DNA of 63,997 nt, the filler included, from Folioceros fuciformis (Eukaryota): the NCBI GenBank assembly GCA_049999805.1. It is 8 parts of 8 records of this genome, joined end to end, with 100 filler letters (N's around TTAATTAATTAA, not from the genome) between each part and the next. Parts side by side here need not be neighbours in the genome. Positions count along the whole stretch, not along the records: positions 34,545 to 40,446 come from JBNGIO010006323.1; positions 40,547 to 45,741 come from JBNGIO010006325.1; positions 45,842 to 52,777 come from JBNGIO010006331.1; 5 more parts are not named here. One strand, 5' to 3'. A model generated the notes under the pieces. The model did not search any database. It had not been told where the DNA came from and saw nothing but the letters and a program-made list of their open reading frames with translations. The translations under genes and the position numbers were made by a program. Below are positions 35,008 through 48,800 of this stretch, piece by piece. Numbering within the stretch: the first letter of the stretch is position 1; each line of letters starts with the position of its first letter.

Positions 35008-38000
35008 TGTTATTTAACACAAATAATTCCCTTAGGATCGAATTCCAGTGCTATAATGACAAAGAGGGTTTGTGTGGACCTCACAGCACCCCCGGGTGCA
35101 ATATTTTCCTCCACATGGAGTTTCAGGGTCATCAATTCCGTTTTCATCTGAGATCAGTTTGATTTCCTTTGATGGGTGTCCCATAAGTAGCACGTATAAC
35201 CTTGTCTTGTAGTTCGTAGGCAACACCACTTATTCCTCCACAGCATCAATAGTTGGCCTTCTTCTCGTGAGCTCGTTTGTTGGATCTTGATTGGGTCTGG
35301 CAACAGTGAGAGCTCTTAAATATCTCCTGGTTGGTGGCGACTTATGATTCTTCAAGGCCACTCGCAGCTGAGCTTCCAGACTTTCTTCTCCTCCAGCTTG
35401 GTTACATATCAGAGTTTTTGTGTGTGTTTGTTCCAGGAAATACAGAAAGTGTTTTAAAGTGTTTTCCTGAAAGGTCGTGACTATTCGCTAAGTGGCTATT
35501 CGCTTAATTATGACATAAACCAAATGGTAACCCTAACAGGGTTTATTTCCAACACGCCCCCATAAGCGAAGTAGCCTGATTAGCGGCAAGTCACGAGAAT
35601 ACAATGGGAGAGACTCTCCTCATTGGCCTGAACTTGTGCGTCCTTGCCATTGCGATTTGCTTCCTGCTCCAGAACCAAGGAAGAAGGGTACGGCCGGTAA
35701 TGACACAGCAACGACTCCAGCGACACAAGGACCTGCACATCTCAGAGAAAACTTGCACAATGGAGCAGAGATGGATGGCAGCAGGATGGGAAATCTAGCT
35801 GCAATGCTCTCTAAAACTGAGGCATAAAAGAAGCAATCCAGCAGCGGAGAAGTCGGCAGAACAACTGCAACTAAAACAGCAGCTGAAACAAGCTGCTGGA
35901 TGTCCGCTGCCGAGCGCACGAAAACGTGCAGCAAAAGACTGAAGACTGCAGAGAAAAATGGCAATTAGATCCGAAAGAGAGCTTCATCCGCCAAAGTCAG
36001 CAGTCGGGCAACTGTCCAGAGATCACCCAGCGGGCGAGAGGAAATCTGTGACTCCCAGAGCTGCCATATGTCGAGCATGTAGGCCAGAAGGCAGAAATTT
36101 TGTCAGGAGGTCAGCAGGATTCTCCTCCGTGGGTGTATACTAAATCTGTACTTCCTTTGCCTGCACAGAGTGACGAATAAAATGGTGATGCACCTCGATG
36201 TGCTTTGTTCTCGCGTGGAAACGCGGATTTGCAGTCATAGCAATCGTGGACATGTTGTCACACCATATCACGGTGGGTTCAGAGGGCAGAAACCCTAATC
36301 CACTGAGAAAACTGCGTTCCCATATGGCCTCCTTGGCTGCTTCAGTAAAGGATTTGTACTCCGCTTCAGTCGACGAGAGGGCAACACTTACTTGTTTCTT
36401 TGCAGCCCATTGCACAGCTAAATCGGAAAGGAGAAAACAGTAGGCAGATATGCTTCGACGAGCATCAGGATCGGTGGCCCAATCGGCATCAGCAAAGCCA
36501 CAAAGAACCTGATCCCGAGATCGCCCTCGGAAGCATAGCCCATGCCGTTGAGTACCTTTCAGGTAACGCAAAATGCATTTTACAGCACCCCAGTGCTCCT
36601 TGCCGGGATTGTCCATGAACTGAGAAACAACGCTAACCGAATACAGAATATCCGAACGAGTCCAGCAACTGATGTAATTGAGACAACCAACTGCGTGGCG
36701 ATAAGGCACTGTAGACATGGCTTGCCGATATGCATCAGTCTGGGGGCATTGAGCATGGGAAAGCTTGACACCAATCATACCAGGAGTGGAGACAGGCTTC
36801 GAAGAATCAAGCTGAAAACGTCAAAGAGTCTCTGAAATATACTTAGCCTGATGGAGGAAAATGGTACAAGAGGCAGGCTCACGAACCAACTGAACCCCCA
36901 ACACAAAAGTAAGTTGACCAAAGTCTTTCATATCGTACTTGCTATGTAGCATCTGCTTCACCCAGGCTAACAATTCAGGGTTGTTGGAAGCCAGAATTGC
37001 GTCATCCACATACAACGCCAGAATCACTAGCCGACCGGCCTTTGAATACAAGTACACACTGGCATCACCAGGATTCTGCATGAAGCCGATCGACTGTAGG
37101 TATTTATCAATGGCCTTATACCACTCCCGTGCTGACTGCTTTAAACCGTAAATGGTTTTCTTCAGCCGACAAACCCAATCTGGGTGTTTCAAGTCCGTGA
37201 ATCCCTCTGGCTGCTGCATATAAATGTCCTCTTCTAACTCTCCATACAAAAATGCTGTACATACGTCCATTTGTTGAAGATCCGAATCATGGGCAGCAGC
37301 GAGAGCAAGGATCATACGTATGGATTGGGTTTTAACAACCGGGCTGAAGGTTTCTGTGAAGTCCACACCAGGGATTTGAGTAAACCCACGAGCAACAAGG
37401 CGAGATTTGTATCTGGCAATTTGGCCCTCAGCATTGAGCTTGTGTTTAAATACCCATTTGGAGCTAACAACCTTTCTGTCTGCTGGAAGGGGACAAAGTT
37501 CCCAAGTGGAATTCTTGATGAGTGAACTGTACTCATCTTGAATAGACGGTTTCCAGTGATGTTTGTCCGGCCCTGTAACAGCCTCGATATATGTACGGGG
37601 TTCAGACTTGGAGAAAGGTTGCTCAGCAGAATCCAACAAGGTAACACCAGCACTTGGACGACGAAAGTCAATTGAGGCATAAGGTGGCTCCACCCACTCA
37701 GATGGAGGAGGACGTGAACGACGAGGATATCTAGGTTCTGTGGTGTCCACAGAGGGTGTATTTGCCACAGGATCAGTAACATGGGGAGACTCCTTGGACG
37801 GTGTGGCAGCGGAAACACCTGGAACAACATCAGATTGCTCACCAGATGTGGAGGGTGAGGTAAATATATCAATCTCGACTTGATCCTCGCCTGCATCCTG
37901 ATCCAACACATGTGGTTGGTGTGAAATACCAACCTCACTAACTTGGGAATCAGCGGGGTCCTGTGGGAACTGAGTGGAGTCCTTATCTGCAAATATATCG

Positions 38001-40446
38001 GGCTCCAAGGGACCAGGCAGAGAAGTGGCAGTGGGGAACAAGAGTGCAGGTGAATCATCTGGAGGATATTCTGAAATGTCTTCACAATCAGAAGCATCGA
38101 GATGTTCAACAGAGGACTGATTATGCGGCAGAGAATCAAAATACTGTTTAGCAGGTACGCTAATTTCCTTGAAGGTTACACTTCGAGCATAGACAGCTTC
38201 CGTGGTAATAGTATTGTACAGCTTATAGGCTTTGACTTCTTCCCCATGTCCAACAAATATGAGAGGCTTGGCTCTGGCCTCCAGCTTCTTCCGTTTTTCT
38301 TGTGGGATGTAGGCATAAGCGGGAGAACTGAAAACACGAAGGTGAAGAAGGCTGGGCCTTCTCTGCCAGACAACCTCAAAGGGTGTTTTATCTACCACTG
38401 CCTTTGTCAGCAAACGATTGAGGATATAAGTTGCGGTAACGACTGCCTCTGCCTAGAAAGCTTTACTTAGTCCTGACCACTCAAGCATACTCCTTGTCAT
38501 TCCAAGCAGTGTTTGATTTCGTCTTTCAGTGACCCCATTCTATTGCTGGGTGTAGGGAATAATCAACTGCCAAAGTATGCCGTGATCAGTAAGAAATTGA
38601 GTAAAGTGAGAGTGTACGAACTCTGTCTCGTTGTCTGATCGAAGGCACTTCAACGAACAGCCAGTTTGCTTCTGGACAATAGGCAGCCAGTCCTTGAAGA
38701 CACTGAAGGTATCTGACTTCAACCGAATTGGGTAAGTCCAGGAATACCTGCTTTAATCATCAGTGAGAGTAAAATAGTACTGGGCTCCTCCCAGACTAGG
38801 AATATGTATCTTGCCAGATATGTCAGCATGCACCAATTCTAACACACGGGATGCGTGATGGGCAACAGTTCTAGGGAAGGGGAGCTCCTTCTGTTTAGCA
38901 ACTACGCATGCATCGCACAAGGGAAGATCCTGGAAACATTTCGGCAGGGGTTCCTTGTAGCAGGTAAGACCAGAAAGCCTGATCAATTTATCACGGTTAG
39001 CATGACCTAATCTGGCATGCCAAAGACTGGCAACTGCAGCTTGAGAAAGGCGAGCAGCGTTCACCAAGTCACGAGGTAAACATGTCAGGTTCATTTGATA
39101 TAGATCATGAACGAGTTTGCCATCAGCAACGATCGCATGCCTGTCTCCCCCTTTCTTCACTAACACGCAGCCAGTGGCAGTGAAGGACAGGTCAAGCTGA
39201 TGCATGGACAGAAGTTGGCTAACGGAAAGCAGATTCTTAGCCATATGTGGAACATGCAACACATGATCCAAATGAAGGACAGAGCCATCAAGGAGACGAA
39301 AACGGCAAGTACCACTCCCCCTGATGGGCAAGCCCGTCCGTGTTATCTCATCACCCAAAAGGACCTTATCACGTGCTGAAGAGGACCGGCAGTGAGTAAA
39401 TAACGATTTGTCATTGCAGATGTGAGACGTTGCACCTGAATCTAGGTACCAAACGTGGGGAAGAGATGGGAGAGAAGAAGCCAAGCAAACCGTCATCACA
39501 ACAGGAGGTTTGTTGGAGGAAGAAGAAGAACGATCTCGGGTTGCAGTCACGTGAGCTTCAGCCGGACGAACAGGCTTCTCAACTCGACGGGGCTCACCAG
39601 ATTTCTTCTTTCTACATTCTCTTTCCCAGTGCCCTTGGATGCCGCACCAGTTGCAGGTACCCACCCCTTTCTGGGAAGCAGGCTTCGAAGTCGAAGCACC
39701 AGGTGAAAATCTGCCTTTGTTGTTTTTGGGCTTGGCATACAGAACCTTGTCAAGTTTTGTGCGTCCCGTATGCGGCATAGAACTAACACGGCTTTGCTCT
39801 TCTTGCAGCAAAGCACCTACCACATCAGTAAAACTGATGCGCGAAGGGAAGCCCAAGGCAACAGCTATGTCAGCTTCACGGAGAGTAGATCCGTAGCTAG
39901 ACACAAACGGCTGATAACTTGGAGGCAAACTAGTGAGCAACTGGGCGACCGCATCCAAGTCTGGAAACGATGAACCCAGATGAATCAATTGAGCACAAAG
40001 CTGATGAAAATGTAGGATGAAAGGTGAAACTTTTTCTCCCTCTTTGAGTCGTAAAGAAAACAGCTCGCCTCTCACTGCACACATTGTGAGGATGTTCTTT
40101 ACCTCATAAGTTTGCAGGAGTTGATTCCAGATGTCCTCCGCTTTGGGAATAAAAGCCACATCTGGAAGGAGAACTTCATCGAGTCCACTAATCAATACCG
40201 CACGAGCGACACTATTCAGGTTCTCCCACTTTCCTTTCTCCTCTGATGTGGAAGTTATTGATGGCTTCGTAATTGTTGCATCCACCACACCCCACACATG
40301 TCTTGCTTGCAGGGCTGCAGTCATACAGACACGCCAGCTTTCGAGCTTAGTACCATTGAAGCGATCATGCTCTTTGAATTCAGCGGCATAAGTAGGCTGT
40401 ACAAAAACAGGAGAAGCAATCTCACTTAGGAAAAATGATCACATGT
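35008..40446 (-). mobile_element. Ty1/Copia retrotransposon (gag-PR-INT-RT-RH) with 3' LTR at 35008-35554; 5' end cut by contig edge; degenerate
   Basis: CNWCGIQGHWEREC zinc knuckle, WYLDSGAT protease, LWHARLGH integrase, LRSDN, LYVDDAIL RT, FADADWA and STEAEY RNase H; PPT atgggggcg then LTR TGTTGG...TAACA; stops at 38753, 38540, 36140 and a frameshift near 36800. Confidence 0.93.
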
Positions 40447-40546
40447 NNNNNNNNNNNNNNNNNNNNNNNNNNNNNNNNNNNNNNNNNNNNTTAATTAATT
40501 AANNNNNNNNNNNNNNNNNNNNNNNNNNNNNNNNNNNNNNNNNNNN

Positions 40547-41345
40547 GGAGTGATGAACAACCATGGATTGGTGCAACACAACAGCCACGGAGTGATGAAC
40601 AACCATGGATTGGTGCAACCCAACATCCATTGAGTGATGAAGGACCTTGGACTGGTGCAAGGGAACAGTCATGGATTGATGGAGGACCTTGGACTGGTGC
40701 AAGGGAACAGTCATGGATTGATGGAGGACCTTGGACTGGTGCAAGAGAACAGTCATGGAGTGATGGAGGACCTTGGACTGGTGTAAGGGAACAGTCACGG
40801 AGTGAAACTAGTGCAAGGGAAGAGATATGGAGTGATGGAGGACCATGGACTAGTGCAGGGGAATAGATATGGAGTGATGGAGGCCCATAGACTAGTGCAA
40901 GGGAACATTATGAATGGAGTGATAAGATTGCAAGGGAACAATCATGGAGTGATGGAGGGCCATGGACTAGTGCAAGGGAACATTATGAATGGAGTGATAA
41001 GAGTGCAAGGGAACAATCATGGAGTGATGGAGGACCATGGACTGGTGCAAGGGAGCAGTAAGAATGGAGTGATACTAGTGCAAGGGAACGGATATGGAGT
41101 GATGGAGGCCCATGGACTAGTGTAAGGGAACGGTCATGGAGTGATACGAGTGCAAGGGACCAACCATGGCATGATAGAGGACCATGGGCTAGTGCAAGGG
41201 AACGGTCATGGAGTGCTATGAGTGCAAGGGAGCAACCATGGAGTGATGGAGGACCGTGGACTGGTGCAAGACAAGAGCCATGGAGTGATGGACAACCATG
41301 GACTACTTCAATTGTACAACAATGGAGTAATGGACAACCATGGTC
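40547..41345 (+). repeat. 39-bp-based minisatellite (also at 45285-45741) encoding WSDGGPWTGAREQ-like 13-mers
   Basis: Recurrent ggagtgatggaggacc(t/a)tggact(g/a)gtgcaagggaacagtcat; 40547-40888 is identical to 45400-45741. Confidence 0.92.
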
Positions 41346-41359
41346 TCGAAGCTATGAGA

Positions 41360-42116
41360 AAACAAGGGATGAGCAAGGCTATTCCATGTTTGAGTCTAAT
41401 ATACAATCTTGTTGGGGAAATTTGCATGATGCAAACCTGAAGGCTTTGAGGATGAACAAGTGGCTCTTAGCCTACATCCATGGGGATGACATCATCAAAT
41501 TTCCACATTTTGGAGAGTGGGAAAAATTGTAGAGACAAGATTTTAAAGGATCTCATGATACAATCTTTCCTTAAGTGGAAAGTCTTACCTGGCACCAAAG
41601 AGATCTTGAAAGTGAAGACCTTTTATAATATAGGCGAAAGCACTTGTTGCATAATTTTGATTAACCCACAANNNNNNNNNNAGACCCTATTTGAAGAGGG
41701 TGACGAAGTGAAACCTTAGGATCTTCTAGGTGGACTTGTAATCAAAGATACACATTACATTGCTAGATATCCTTGCTTTGAAATAGCTAATCTTCCAAAG
41801 GAGCCACAGGGAGGAATCGCATACGATGTGAAGAACAACTTGTTGAATTGTCAAGACTAATAAGATTGTCCAAGAAATAGGATTCAAATAGAAAGATGCA
41901 ATAGCCATTTTGCATTCACCTAGCTAAGAACACTAATTTTCACATAAGCACTAAACGAATTGAAGTAAAAGATACCTTAATTAGCGAGAAAGGTCAATGG
42001 AAAGAAGTAGAAATTCCTTGTTTTCTTACATAGCACATGATTGTTTATATTTTTATGGAAAACTTAACTTCCAAGAAACTTATGAAGTTTAATAAGATGC
42101 TAGGTTTCACAAAGTA
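41360..42116 (+). mobile_element. Highly decayed Copia RT/RNase H remnant
   Basis: LLAYIHGDDII (YVDD-like) and IHLAKNTNFHISTKRIEVKDTLISEK...MIVYIFMENL...MLG* resemble the Copia RNase H C-terminus (NPxFHxRTKHIEVxxHFIREK). Confidence 0.6.
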
Positions 42117-42224
42117 AGATTTCCTTTGTTGTTGTTGTGTTCATTCATTGTGATGTGTGCATAAGAAGCCCATGGAGTTTGTGCAAAGCATATATATATA
42201 TATGCTTAGAGCTGTGTAAGCTAA

Positions 42225-42490
42225 TGTTAGGATTATTAACAGATCTCTATCATTAACGGATCTCTAATATTAATGGATCTCTATGATTAATGGATCTCTA
42301 TGATTAATGGATCTCTATTATTAACGGATCTCTATGATTAATGGATCTCTATGATTAATGGATCTCTATTATTAACGGATCTCTATTATTAACGGATCTC
42401 GATTAAAACATATTCATGCTTAAAGGCTGTATATGTATGCATGGCTTACTACTTTTAATGTAATGAACGAAAACTAATTGTTCTCTAACA
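42225..42490. repeat. LTR-like 266-bp segment with an internal 17-bp tandem array
   Basis: Termini TGTTAG...CTAACA are inverted; ~9-10 copies of ttaa(c/t)ggatctctat(g/t)a; no clear TSD or PBS. Confidence 0.5.
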
Positions 42491-43992
42491 CTTGCAAGTA
42501 TATTGGTCGAATGACAAGGGCTAGGTGTAGATTAAGACTGACGTTGGTTGCAACTACTAACACTTTGACCATGACTAGCACGTCTTTTAGGTTGCTTCTT
42601 CCCCAAAAGCCTTCGCACTTGCTGTTGCCCTATTGTAGGCTTGATCAAGCCCAATACTAGCACCATGGGCACCACGAGAGGAACGAAGCACCCATTGGGT
42701 GCACTGGACAACTTGAGACGAAACAAAGACTAAAAATGATTTCTTGATGTGACACGACTAGTCTCTACATTTGAAAGGAATGTGAACAAAGTGAGAAGGA
42801 TGTTACAATTGGGAAAGGCAGAGGCACTTGAAAAGTTGCAATTAGAAAATGCAAAAGCACGTAAGAAGTTGCAATTAGATAAGGCACAAGCACGTGAGAA
42901 ATTGTGAGTAGAAAAGGCTGCTAGCAGCACTTGAGAAATTGCTATTACATCTAGAGAAGACAAAAAGTGCTTATGGAGAAGGTTGTGGCCTTAGAGAAAT
43001 TGCATTTTGTCGCACCGTATAGCTGCATAGCTATCATGGTAAGCGCACCTCTAGTATGGCCTATTTACGACAATGAGCCTGTTTAAGAGCCACTTGCTAA
43101 TCTCAACCTTAAGGAAAAAGTGCTCTCATTTAGGGCATTTTTGCCCCTCTCCCGGGATCACCGCCTTTGGGACCTTGTCTGGTTGTGCTTTTTGTGCACA
43201 TCAAGTAGTCCAACTTCTATGAGGACTGCCCCTATTTTTATTAGCCGCCCATCGTATCCTGCGAATCCCGTTATCTAACAATGCACCTCGTGATCGTTCA
43301 TTTCGTTAACTATACTCTATTAGGTCTATAGGTGCATGCACATACATCCTCATGTGCATGCCTAGGACACCCTTACTAGTTATTGGCTCTACTTGTACAT
43401 GCCATGACAGCTATCGCGCCATATAATCTACATAGCTATCATGGCAAGCGCACCTTTATTATGGCCTATCTACGACAATTAGCCCGTTCAGGAGCCACTC
43501 GCTAATCTCGACCTTGACCTCCCTACCTAGAGTTGGGCCACGCATAAGAGTTTTGCAAGCACTACTGTGGGCATGACAATGGACACACCAAACACACTAC
43601 TTCACCAATTGGGTGTAAGCATGCTTTGGTGCTAGCGGGAAACGGGTGAAACGCGTGTATTTTGTCCTTTGTAGATTCAAGATAATTTAATTAATTATTT
43701 TTGACTCAAATAAGACTAAATATTTTTATAGCTGATAGGCGATAGGTAGGTAATGGTCCTCTTAAATTAGATTAATCACGAAATGAGTACAATATAGTAA
43801 ATTATAAAAAAGTAATGTTTGGGTGACATGTCCACCGACACATGGCCCCTTTGTTCAGCAATTGACGAAACGACAAACGATCTCTTTCTACGTGTGTGTG
43901 CCAAGTGCGGGGAAAAGCATGTTTGCTGGACGAGAGGAAACTTGAATCGATGGCGATCACTGGTGACCTAGCTGACAGACGATCTCTTTCTT

Positions 43993-44412
43993 TTATATTA
44001 TAGGAAGCATGTGAATGTGACTGAAAGGTGGAGGAAGGGTAACACTAATTTGGTCTAAGGTGAAATCATAACCTAGTTTTGTGATCAAAAAGCCTCCTTT
44101 CCTAATCCCACATGATCTTAGGAGAATACTTTGAGCCCCTTTCAGACAAGCTACACATTGTGCTTTAATGGATATTTGAGAACTCTCATCAACAATACAT
44201 AAAGCCATACTAAATAGCAGTGGCACCGGCTCATCTACGTTTTGAATAGACCACAAATGTATTGGGCTATCAGGGAACCTTGCAACAACTTCTGCTATTG
44301 CAAGATTAGTGACTTTAGTGGCCTCCTGAAATTGTTGTAAGGGGTAAAATGCAAACCCACTATCACAATATGGTACATCCAGTTCCACAGTTGCTTGTAA
44401 CACATAAAGCAC
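43993..44412 (-). CDS. Uncharacterised ~139-aa ORF or exon, homologous to 20610-21092
   Basis: Open frame in AT-rich DNA; shares PxCD, VT, FP, PxLxSxAxCIxD and SC...GGFxI with 20610-21092. Confidence 0.55.
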   Translation of the reverse strand: MLYVLQATVELDVPYCDSGFAFYPLQQFQEATKVTNLAIAEVVARFPDSPIHLWSIQNVDEPVPLLFSMALCIVDESSQISIKAQCVACLKGAQSILLRSCGIRKGGFLITKLGYDFTLDQISVTLPPPFSHIHMLPII

Positions 44413-45841
44413 ATGATAGAAAAGTCCAAATGCATAGTTTAGTTAATGCCATATTAATTTGAGTAAGATGAAAGTTGTACATTGTATCATATGAATATTT
44501 CTATTTAAAATAAATTTTTAGAATGATTGTTGATGTACTACCGAAGATTCTATGTTGGGAAGCAAGGCAGGGAAAGATGGGTGTGGAAAGACTTGGAGCA
44601 CCGAGAGAGAGGGAGAGCAGGGCCCTCAAAAGTTGAAGTCCTAAGGGGAGAGAGGGAGCATATCCTCAAAAGTTCAAGAGAGCGAGCATATCAATTTACT
44701 ATGGATACATAGCCAACACTAGTCTTCTTCTCATCCTAGCTTATACAAAGGGCCTATATAAAATTAAAAAAATGCACTTTTTTTTAGCGAGATTTGCATA
44801 CGTACATTGAGAAAATAAATGAAGTACATACTATATGTGTGTGTTGCACGTTATATTTTTTATCAAAGCAAGTAGAGATTCACATTACTTTGCAAGCTTA
44901 AAACTAAGTATATAATCTTGCTGCCTTTTTAAGATTATATACAAATAGATTGTGAACCTAGCTACCTTTATTGTTACGCTTCAAGAAAATCAAAGAGCAA
45001 CACCTTTCAAAAGGATATTGCTTACCTCTATTCATAATCTTCTAGTCTATGTTTGCAATTGAGCTTCTTTGATTCAAATGGAGAATAACCTTGGGGAGGA
45101 CAAATTGGTGAGTGAAACCAATAACCAAGCCAATGAGGTGAAGTGGAGTGTGACTTACGAAGATGCAAGTCACGAACAACTATGCAACACAATTTATAAG
45201 GAACTCATGAGTGACGAACCATTTAGTGAAATCCATAAACAACATTGGAGGGTAACTCATGAAAAATCGATTGTACCAGATAGACAACTATGGACTAGTG
45301 GAAACAAACAACCACGAAGTGATGAACAACCATGGAGTGGTGCAACACAACACCCATGGAGTGATGAACAACCATGGACTGGTGCAACACAACAGCCACG
45401 GAGTGATGAACAACCATGGATTGGTGCAACACAACAGCCACGGAGTGATGAACAACCATGGATTGGTGCAACCCAACATCCATTGAGTGATGAAGGACCT
45501 TGGACTGGTGCAAGGGAACAGTCATGGATTGATGGAGGACCTTGGACTGGTGCAAGGGAACAGTCATGGATTGATGGAGGACCTTGGACTGGTGCAAGAG
45601 AACAGTCATGGAGTGATGGAGGACCTTGGACTGGTGTAAGGGAACAGTCACGGAGTGAAACTAGTGCAAGGGAAGAGATATGGAGTGATGGAGGACCATG
45701 GACTAGTGCAGGGGAATAGATATGGAGTGATGGAGGCCCATNNNNNNNNNNNNNNNNNNNNNNNNNNNNNNNNNNNNNNNNNNNNTTAATTAATTAANNN
45801 NNNNNNNNNNNNNNNNNNNNNNNNNNNNNNNNNNNNNNNNN

Positions 45842-48800
45842 CTGCCTTTGGAAACAAAATGTGTGTTCCAGGCAAAACCTCCTAAGAAGGATGGAGTTGT
45901 AATGACCACTAGTATTTTGAGATGAGTGGTGTGTATCAATTCCAGCTTTAGCAGAGGCTTAGCTGTGGAGTATAAATAGGCCAGTGTTAGGTTCTTAAGG
46001 ATATATTGTGATACTGGGTTACACTGATACACAGAGAGACAGAGAGAGAGGTAGACAATGAGAAGTCTAGCCTTGAGGCATAGATGTGGAGGGCTTGAGG
46101 AGCAAGCTGATCAGATTGAGTCTAGGGCAATAGCCAATGGGGCTTAGATCGCCAAACTCTTTTGTAAGTATCTTGAATAAAGAGCAACACGTAGAGGAGG
46201 TGGTCTACGAGTCATCAGTGGACGGTAGGCTACTTGGAGCCTAGTGCTGAGTCGTAAGAGAGGGAGTGAGTGATTTGTAAGTGGAGCGCTGCGGAGTGAA
46301 TAGACGAGATTCGAGGCCGTTGCTTCCTTTTACGCTGCATAAGGAAGGGGGCGTTACTTAGTTGGTATCAGAGCATAGTCTATTCCTCCAAGATGGCTAA
46401 GCGCCATAAGATGCAGATACGAGAGGTTTCTCCTAATCCCCCATCTCAACAACTTGAAGAGAATCAAGGCAAGGAGATGCCGCCTACCGACTCAGCAGGA
46501 CCATCCGGAGACAAATCTGAAGATTGGAAGACGCAAATGATGGTCGCTTTACGACAAATTCTTCCCAAAGTATTGCCTGAAGTTCTCCAAGATTTGACAG
46601 CATCTGGGAAAAAGGCAAGGAAGGATCCACAACCTCTAGCTCTACAAAATGAGGAAGCGGAAGACAATCAAGATCCTTTTCATATCTTCGAAGTAGTTCC
46701 GAGGGCAAATTTGAAGTTGGCCGTGCTAGATAAGTATGAGGGAGTAAGGGATCTACAAGTTATTGATTCCTGGATTTACTCTATTGAAAGCTATCTTGCC
46801 TCATCTGGCCTGGAGCCTAAGCATTACTTAGGAACTGTGGGCAACTTTCTCAAAGGGTATGCTTTGGTGTGGTGGCGAAGTTATTGTGCTAATGTAACCC
46901 AGGGAAAATCGAGCACACACCATCACAGACTGGGCATCTTTTAAAGAGGCCTTGAAGAAGCAATTTCAACCTGCGAATGCTTTGCGCTTGAGCCGACAGC
47001 TGCTTGATAATATAATGCAAACAGGTACTGTACGGGAATATGTAAGTGCCTTCAGTGAAGCTGTTATGCATTGTACTTTAATGAGTGAAGTTGACAAACT
47101 ACATCGCTTCATGGTTGGTTTGAAGGACTGGGCTGCTAACAGAATTGAGTTGTATAGTCCAATGACCTTGGCAGAGGCCATAACAGCAGCAGATGCTATC
47201 CCAGATACCTTTCATTCCAACACATCCAACTCCTCACGAAGATTTCGAGGTAATACCCGTGGACGGTATATGCAAACTAGGGTTTCTTCCAACAATGTTG
47301 GTAGAGGGACTCCCAAGGATAATGAAAGAAGTACAGTTGCAAGAGGCAACTCCAGTGGGAGCTTCCGTGGGAGAAATCGAGGAGTGCGCAAGGGGCGCGG
47401 AGCTCAGAGAACAGTGACAATGGGTTCTCGAAAAGGAGTTTGTTTTGCTTGTGGAGAGCCGAGACATTATGCGAATGAATGCCCCAATACTCAACAAACT
47501 TTGAATGTTGTTCAAGACAACCCACAGCCCCAAAGACTTAGGATTACAAAAGTATCCGGATCTGAAAATCCCAAGTGATGGGATTGGCCACATGTTTCAC
47601 AGGCTACATGTGGTGAGTCTGAAGATGCTGAGGACAACATTATTCATAGGGCGGGTGGAGAGCTCATGTATATAGAAGGATGTGTGAATCGTGAAGAAGC
47701 GAAGATGTTGCTCGATCTAGCAACAACACATAATTTCATTTCTCCTGGCAGAGCAAGTAAGCTTGGTTTAACATGGGCTAGTACTTCAGAGCCATGTACA
47801 ATGAAACAAGCAAAAGGAAAGCTGCAGTTCTTAGGACAGCTGGGAAAAGTCCCTTTGCAGACAGGCAATTGGACAGGAGAAGCAAGCTTCACAGTTGTAG
47901 ATATGGATGATCATGAAATCATCTTGGGCTTAGAATGGATGAAGGCCAATAAGGTATGTGTAGACGTGGACTCATGCACCATACATATCTTACGAGATGA
48001 AAAGCACAAAGTGAGTTGTGCAGTTCTTGAGCATCAGCTTGGGCACAAGATTGATGAAGTCATCTCTAAAAAAGAGCTCAAGCGTTGTGTTAAAAATGGA
48101 GAGGAACTCTATTTGTTGGTGTTGCAAGGACTAGAAGATGCTCGGAACTCTATTTGTTGGTGTTGCAAGGACTAGAAGATGCTCTTGAGATGGAATCCCA
48201 GAAGCAACCAAAGATTCCAAAGGAGATATAGGCTATCTTAGATGAGTTTAAAGACTTGATGCCTACTGAGTTACCTCCTTTACCTCAACGGAGAGTTGTA
48301 GATCATGAAATTGATCTAAAGCCAGGAAGTGTACCGCCATCAAGAGTGCCATATAGATTGTCGCTATATGAGCTTCAAGAGTTGAAGAGACAAATGTCTA
48401 ACTTGTTAGCCAAGGGCTATGTTAGAGTCTCAAAATCCCCATTTGGTGCGCCAGTATTGTTTACGCAAAAGAAGAATGGAGGATTAAGGTTATGCTTGGA
48501 TTACAGAGCACTCAACCAGATAACAGTCAAAAATTCCTATCCTTTGCCAAGGATGGATGATATGTTTGACAGGTTGAAAGGTGCTAAGTATTTTACTAGA
48601 CTGGATTTGATGGCTGGTTATTACCAGATTCGCATCGCAGAAGGACATGAATACGAAACTCCTTGTAGGACAAGGTATGGATCTTTTGAATTTCTAGTCA
48701 TGCCATTTGGACTCACTAATGCACCAGCCACATTTCAGACTCTCATGAATAGTATATTCAGAGATCTGTTGGATGAGTGTGTTGTGATCTATTTGGATGA

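Noticed and set aside
40547-41345. 39-bp repeat ORFs (HGVMEDHGLVQGN; minus-strand LHQSMTVP) as real genes
   Set aside because: Open frames on both strands are expected from a stop-poor minisatellite whose period is divisible by 3.
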